A stretch of 41,045 bases of DNA from Acidobacteriaceae bacterium (GTDB lineage Bacteria; Acidobacteriota; Terriglobia; Terriglobales; Acidobacteriaceae). The stretch spans positions 1,431-42,475 of the forward strand of contig PLST01000180.1 of the NCBI GenBank assembly GCA_003164255.1, read 5' to 3'. Every line of letters begins with the position of its first letter. Positions within the stretch are counted from its first letter, which is position 1. A program made the position numbers and the translations under genes. Under the pieces are notes generated by a model. The model searched no databases and had not been told where the DNA came from. It saw nothing but the letters and a program-made list of their open reading frames with translations. Below are positions 36,771-41,045 of the stretch, in pieces.

Positions 36771-37045
36771 TCCTTTTGGAAGAAAGAGTAAATCCGCTTG
36801 CAAGTTATTGAAGAGTTGAGAAAGGTGCCTAACAACCCGCGCTGGAAACGGAGGATTCCTCTCGGAAATCAGTTTCTTGGGTTCGCTTTAGAACGACGAG
36901 CCGCTTTATGCAGCGATTGCGGTGGTAGAATGGCAGGAAGTTTTGTGTCAAGGTCAGATAATAGTTTAGTTGTGCGACTCCCAACTTCTTGCCACGCGTT
37001 TTTACAGGGCACAAATCAATGCCTAAAATGCATTCCTGATCTGCC

Positions 37046-38272
37046 GTGGCAATCAGCAGGGGACCATTCAGACCAACTCATCCGAGGTACTCTAGATTGA
37101 GAGACAGCTTGGGCAATTCAGAGCGGCGGCTGGTCCTCTCCAACCTCTTTTCCGGCTCCATCCATGAACTTTTGCATCCTCCCTCAGGCCAGATACCGTT
37201 TCTTGATGGACTGCGGACCATCGCCATACTGCTGGTAGTCAACGCGCACCTTAGCGCCAGGTTTTCCCAGACATTTGGCTCCAACTCATTTTCCAGGCTT
37301 CCCTTCGTCACCAACGGTTGGATCGGAGTCGATCTCTTCTTCATCCTTAGCGGGTTTTTCATCGGCGGTCAGCTTTGGAAAGAGATTCAAAGAACCGGTA
37401 CAGTCGCCGTGGGCAGATTCATTCTCCGCAGAGGATTTAGGATCTGGCCCTTGTACTTCTTCACATTTCTATGTGTCTTTGTCTGGAGCCTTGCCTTCGG
37501 AAATGGCCTGGCCGCCAAGGGATTCGGCTGGTCCGACCTGATCTTCGCCACCAACTACGTCAATCATGGCATCGTCATGGGCAGTTGGTCTCTTTGCACG
37601 GAAGAGCAGTTTTATATTGTCGTTCCCCTGCTGCTCTTTTATTTCGCGTCCCGCACGCCGAGCCTTCGTAACTACCGTCGGTGGCTCTGGGTTGTCCTAC
37701 TCTCCGTTCCTCTGCTTCGTGCCGTAATTTGGATCTGCTACACGGGGCACTTCTTCGTCCATGACCCGCAACTGTTCGCTTCTATCTATTACGCGTCCTT
37801 AACGCACTGCGATGGCCTCATCATGGGGCTGATCATTTCCAATTTGTGGATCGCGCGAGAGCATCCAAAGGGCAAGTTCGCCTCGCCTTGGCCCTTGATG
37901 ATCGTCGCCACATTGTTGGCGGCAGCTTTATACGTGATCCAGAAGGAGATTTTCGATTTTACGACTCTTGCGCTTCTTTTCGGTGCGCTCGCATGGCTCG
38001 GCCTGCAGCACCGTCTCGCAATCTTCAATGCCAAGCCTTTTTATTGGATATCCCGGCTTTCCTTCGGCATGTATCTCAACCATGAATACATGGGCCCCTG
38101 GCTTGTGCAGTCACTACCTCCCAACTTGATTGCCTTACTTCACTCGCCAATATTGGCCAATTTCTTGGTATTTTGCCTGCTTACCTTGATGTCGGCCGCC
38201 GTATCTCTTGTTACTTTCTGCCTAGTTGAGCATCCCTTCCTACAGATGCGGAAAGTTGTGCTTGGACACTGA
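37046..38272 (+). CDS. Acyltransferase family 3 (OafA-like O-acyltransferase); start uncertain
   Basis: LDGLRTIAILLVVNAH; GWIGVDLFFILSGF; RRGFRIWPLY; WSLCTEEQFY; SFGMYLNH; VEHPFL. Confidence 0.92.
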   Translation: MAISRGPFRPTHPRYSRLRDSLGNSERRLVLSNLFSGSIHELLHPPSGQIPFLDGLRTIAILLVVNAHLSARFSQTFGSNSFSRLPFVTNGWIGVDLFFILSGFFIGGQLWKEIQRTGTVAVGRFILRRGFRIWPLYFFTFLCVFVWSLAFGNGLAAKGFGWSDLIFATNYVNHGIVMGSWSLCTEEQFYIVVPLLLFYFASRTPSLRNYRRWLWVVLLSVPLLRAVIWICYTGHFFVHDPQLFASIYYASLTHCDGLIMGLIISNLWIAREHPKGKFASPWPLMIVATLLAAALYVIQKEIFDFTTLALLFGALAWLGLQHRLAIFNAKPFYWISRLSFGMYLNHEYMGPWLVQSLPPNLIALLHSPILANFLVFCLLTLMSAAVSLVTFCLVEHPFLQMRKVVLGH

Positions 38273-38582
38273 AACCTGCATACGGCGAGCCATATCCAGC
38301 CCACCGGGAAACTGAATACACCCACGAACGCTCCAAGGTGTTTGCCAGATCTATTGTCGCCTCACGTCGACGTCGACTTGCGCGCAGCAACGCAGTCCGG
38401 ATCTGCGCCAGTATGTTTCATCCCGCCCGTTGTCGCTGGCAAGCCATCTGCGCCTTAAACACTGCTGCGCGGCTCCTCTGTGATCGCCTACTCATCGACT
38501 CCCCTGACCCACACCGAACGCGACGCCGCGCTGTTGATACTGGCCGAAAAAAACACGCCGTTGCGATAAGCCCAAAGATCCA

Positions 38583-39130
38583 TCAGCTGACCCTAAATTC
38601 ACTCCCGTTGTCACAGAACAGCATTTTCGGCAAACCGCGCTGCTCCTTCAACCTGTCCAATACCCGCACCATGTCTTCTCCTTCCAGAATCTGGCCGGCT
38701 TCGATGGCCAGACTTATCCGGGTATAGATATCCACGATCGTCAACGATCGGGGGTGTCTGTCGTCGCGGAGCTGGTCCTCCACGAAGTCCATCGCTCAGA
38801 CCTCGTTAGGCCCGGTTGGGCGAAACCGCTCCTCTCGATGAACCATGAATCGCCGTCTTCCACCTTGCCGTTTAAGCCGCCAAGGCCTTCTTCGTTGCAC
38901 AGCCGATACACAAGATCCTTGTCTACTTACCAGCCCTCGCGATTCAATAGAGCGCGGATCATTCGGTACCCGTACACCACTCTGCTCTGTGAGATCTCCT
39001 TCGTCAGCATGCGAAGCTCGATCCGCTGGTCCTGGTGGGTGTCGTGGCCATATTTGGCCCTCGCCAGTTCCAGAACGCAACCTGCCGTTCGCTCAACCAG
39101 TGGCTCTGTTCCAGATACTCGGCCAGAGGT
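38583..39130 (-). mobile_element. IS3-family transposase (OrfB) remnant with frameshifts and a stop
   Basis: Across frames: YLEQ...SERQ; YGYRMIRALLNREGW*; YRL..EEGL; MDFVEDQL; LTIVDIYTR; FCDNGSEF. Confidence 0.88.
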
Positions 39131-39258
39131 CAGCGCCGGGAGGGAACTACAACTGGCGGGAGCGTCTTACAACTTTTGTTCAACTTGCAATTCCTACCAG
39201 AAGGCGTACACTTCTTTCGAATCAGCCCTGAACTTAGAAACTTCAAAGGAAATTTGCC

Positions 39259-41045
39259 ATGAATGTTGCGCCCAGATCTCTCCTTGCGACCTTGGTTTCT
39301 ACCAGAAATCCGCGTACGTTCGCTCCCAGCGCTTCGTTGCTGAGACTGCTTGCTGACGTACGTATGGCTGTAGCCTGCATCTGGCGTGGGCTCCAAATCG
39401 GGAACGTGGGCCGTACAAGAAGCCCGAAGTATCATGTGCGCGCGAGCGGCTGTCTCATGAAATCGTTCAGTGCAGCAAGTCTGCTCATTCTGATTGCCAA
39501 CTGCCAATTCTTGCTCGGTCAGACGGGCACAAACCTTGGTTCCGTGAATATCGGTAGCAGCGCTACTGTGACAGTTACCGCAGTTTTTCAGCAGGCGGGT
39601 ACTTTAGGCACCATCGCTGTGCTTACCAAAGGTGCAACGGGACTCGACTTTACAAACGCCGGAACCGGGACATGTGCCGTCAGCACACCCTACGCCGCTG
39701 GAGCATCCTGCACGGTCAATGTGACCTTTACGCCGAAGGCATCCGGGACCCGGTATGGCGCGGTAACGCTCACTGACGGATCGAGCACTGTGCTAGCGAC
39801 CAGTTACGTATACGGAACTGGTAACGGCCCGCAGATAGTCTTCACATCCGGCCCCCTTAGCACCATTAGCACAATCCTTTCTTCTCCTGACGGCGTGGCG
39901 GTGGACGGGAATGGCAACGTCTACGTCGCATACCAGGATCGCACCATCGTGTACGAGATTCTGGCGGCAGGCGGCTACTCCACGACGGTAGAAGTGGCAA
40001 GCGGGTTCACCTGGCTGAGCAGCATAGCCGTGGACGGGAGCGGAAATGTCTTCGTTTCGGACTACCAATTAAACGCGGTTTATGAGATTGTAGCGGTCGG
40101 AGGGAGCATCCCGGCCACTCCCGTAATCAAGACTCTTGGCAGCGGCTTCCTTCAGCCTTCGGGCGTAGCGGTGGACAAAGGCGGGAACGTCTATGTCGCG
40201 GATACTGGGAACAACGCCGTGAAGGAGATTCTTGCGGTCAACGGCATCATACCGGCCACTCCCGTAATCAACACGCTTGGCAGCGGGTTCAATCTTCCAG
40301 GTGACGTGGCTGTGGATGCAAGCGGGGATGTCTTTGTCGCCGATGAAAACAACAATGCAGTGAAAGAGATCGTTGCTGTCGGAGGCGTCATCCCGGCCAC
40401 TCCCGTAATCAACACCCTTGGCAGTGGCTTTAGCTACCCTATTGGTGTCGCGTTGGACGGGAATGGGAACGTCTTCGTCGCAGATACTTTTAATAACGCA
40501 GTGAAGGAAATAGCAGTTGCAGGCGGTTACAGCACCGTCACCACTTTCGGCACCGGGTTCAGCTCGCCCTTTGGAGTGACTGTGGACGGAGACGGTAACA
40601 TCTACGTCGCTGATACGGGCAATAATGCTGTGAAAAAGCTGGATTTCGCCGATATACCGAGTCTGGCATTTTCCGGGACGGCAGTTGGAGCAACCAGCAC
40701 TGACAGCCCGCGGACCGTGACGGTGGAGAACGACGGCAATGCAACCCTGAGTTTCCCCGTTCCTACGACAGGAAACAACCCGAGCATCTCGCTCAACTTT
40801 GTTTTGGACAGCGCCGTGACATCAGCCTGCCCTCTTTTGACGACCAGTTCGTCAACGGCGGGGACACTGGCCGCCGGTGCTTCCTGCCTTTTGCCCATCA
40901 GCTTTGAACCAACGGTATTGGGAACTTTTAGCGGGTCGTTGGTTCTGAAAGATACGAACCTGAACGCTGCTTCGCCTAACTACACCACACAGAGTATTGC
41001 GTTGAGTGGAGCAGGTGTTAAGACGCCGACGGTGACGGTAACGCC
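39259..41045 (+). CDS. Large secreted surface protein with Ig-like domains and NHL (beta-propeller) repeats; runs off the 3' end; absent from the ORF track
   Basis: AAGGA RBS and ATG 39259 (alternative ATG 39457, MKSFSAASLLILIANCQFLLG); CTVNVTFTP...GTRYGAV; repeated P.GVAVDG.GNVYVAD..NNAVKEI; no stop seen before the window end. Confidence 0.88.
   Translation, partial: MNVAPRSLLATLVSTRNPRTFAPSASLLRLLADVRMAVACIWRGLQIGNVGRTRSPKYHVRASGCLMKSFSAASLLILIANCQFLLGQTGTNLGSVNIGSSATVTVTAVFQQAGTLGTIAVLTKGATGLDFTNAGTGTCAVSTPYAAGASCTVNVTFTPKASGTRYGAVTLTDGSSTVLATSYVYGTGNGPQIVFTSGPLSTISTILSSPDGVAVDGNGNVYVAYQDRTIVYEILAAGGYSTTVEVASGFTWLSSIAVDGSGNVFVSDYQLNAVYEIVAVGGSIPATPVIKTLGSGFLQPSGVAVDKGGNVYVADTGNNAVKEILAVNGIIPATPVINTLGSGFNLPGDVAVDASGDVFVADENNNAVKEIVAVGGVIPATPVINTLGSGFSYPIGVALDGNGNVFVADTFNNAVKEIAVAGGYSTVTTFGTGFSSPFGVTVDGDGNIYVADTGNNAVKKLDFADIPSLAFSGTAVGATSTDSPRTVTVENDGNATLSFPVPTTGNNPSISLNFVLDSAVTSACPLLTTSSSTAGTLAAGASCLLPISFEPTVLGTFSGSLVLKDTNLNAASPNYTTQSIALSGAGVKTPTVTVT
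40108..40430 (+). repeat. Intragenic tandem repeats with a 141-bp period (47-aa NHL units)
   Basis: CCGGCCACTCCCGTAATCAA...CTTGGCAG recurs in units starting at 40108, 40249 and 40390. Confidence 0.9.

Noticed and set aside
38437-38452. GG-N10-GC match TGGCAAGCCATCTGCG
   Set aside because: Lies in degraded DNA beside an IS remnant with no IHF site, enhancer or downstream gene; chance matches are common at this GC content.
40108-40430. Regularly spaced repeats as a possible CRISPR array
   Set aside because: The 141-bp period is in frame, the intervening sequences are homologous coding sequence, and there are no cas genes.

Overview
GC-rich bacterial DNA; the protein families and gene order suggest an Acidobacteriota (Acidobacteriaceae-like) genome, which is an inference. 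From left to right the window holds: (1) the 3' part of a TPR/SLT lytic transglycosylase and a small Cys-motif protein; (2) a small membrane ORF ending in RPPP followed by a CzcB/CzcA-type heavy-metal RND pair; (3) a regulatory block with a PEP-CTERM protein, a PilZ protein, a DUF6982-like protein and two divergent sigma54 enhancer-binding proteins (bEBPs); (4) a roughly 25 kb Wzx/Wzy-type exopolysaccharide locus of the kind linked to exosortase/PEP-CTERM systems, led by a third bEBP with a degenerate ATPase; (5) IS5 and IS3 remnants and the 5' part of a large secreted NHL/Ig-like repeat protein. Features missing from or unlabelled in the ORF track include several sigma54 -24/-12 promoters, two consensus IHF sites, a 19-bp candidate enhancer shared by two bEBP promoter regions, a possible sigma54-driven structured small RNA, an exosortase remnant, a frameshifted wecB remnant and a 168-bp diverged gene-end duplicate. 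The best candidate for an undescribed system is a circuit of three bEBPs (atypical receiver, receiver-less, ATPase-dead) that share a recognition helix, possibly with c-di-GMP input, controlling EPS/PEP-CTERM expression. All family calls come from reading motifs by eye; no database search was run.
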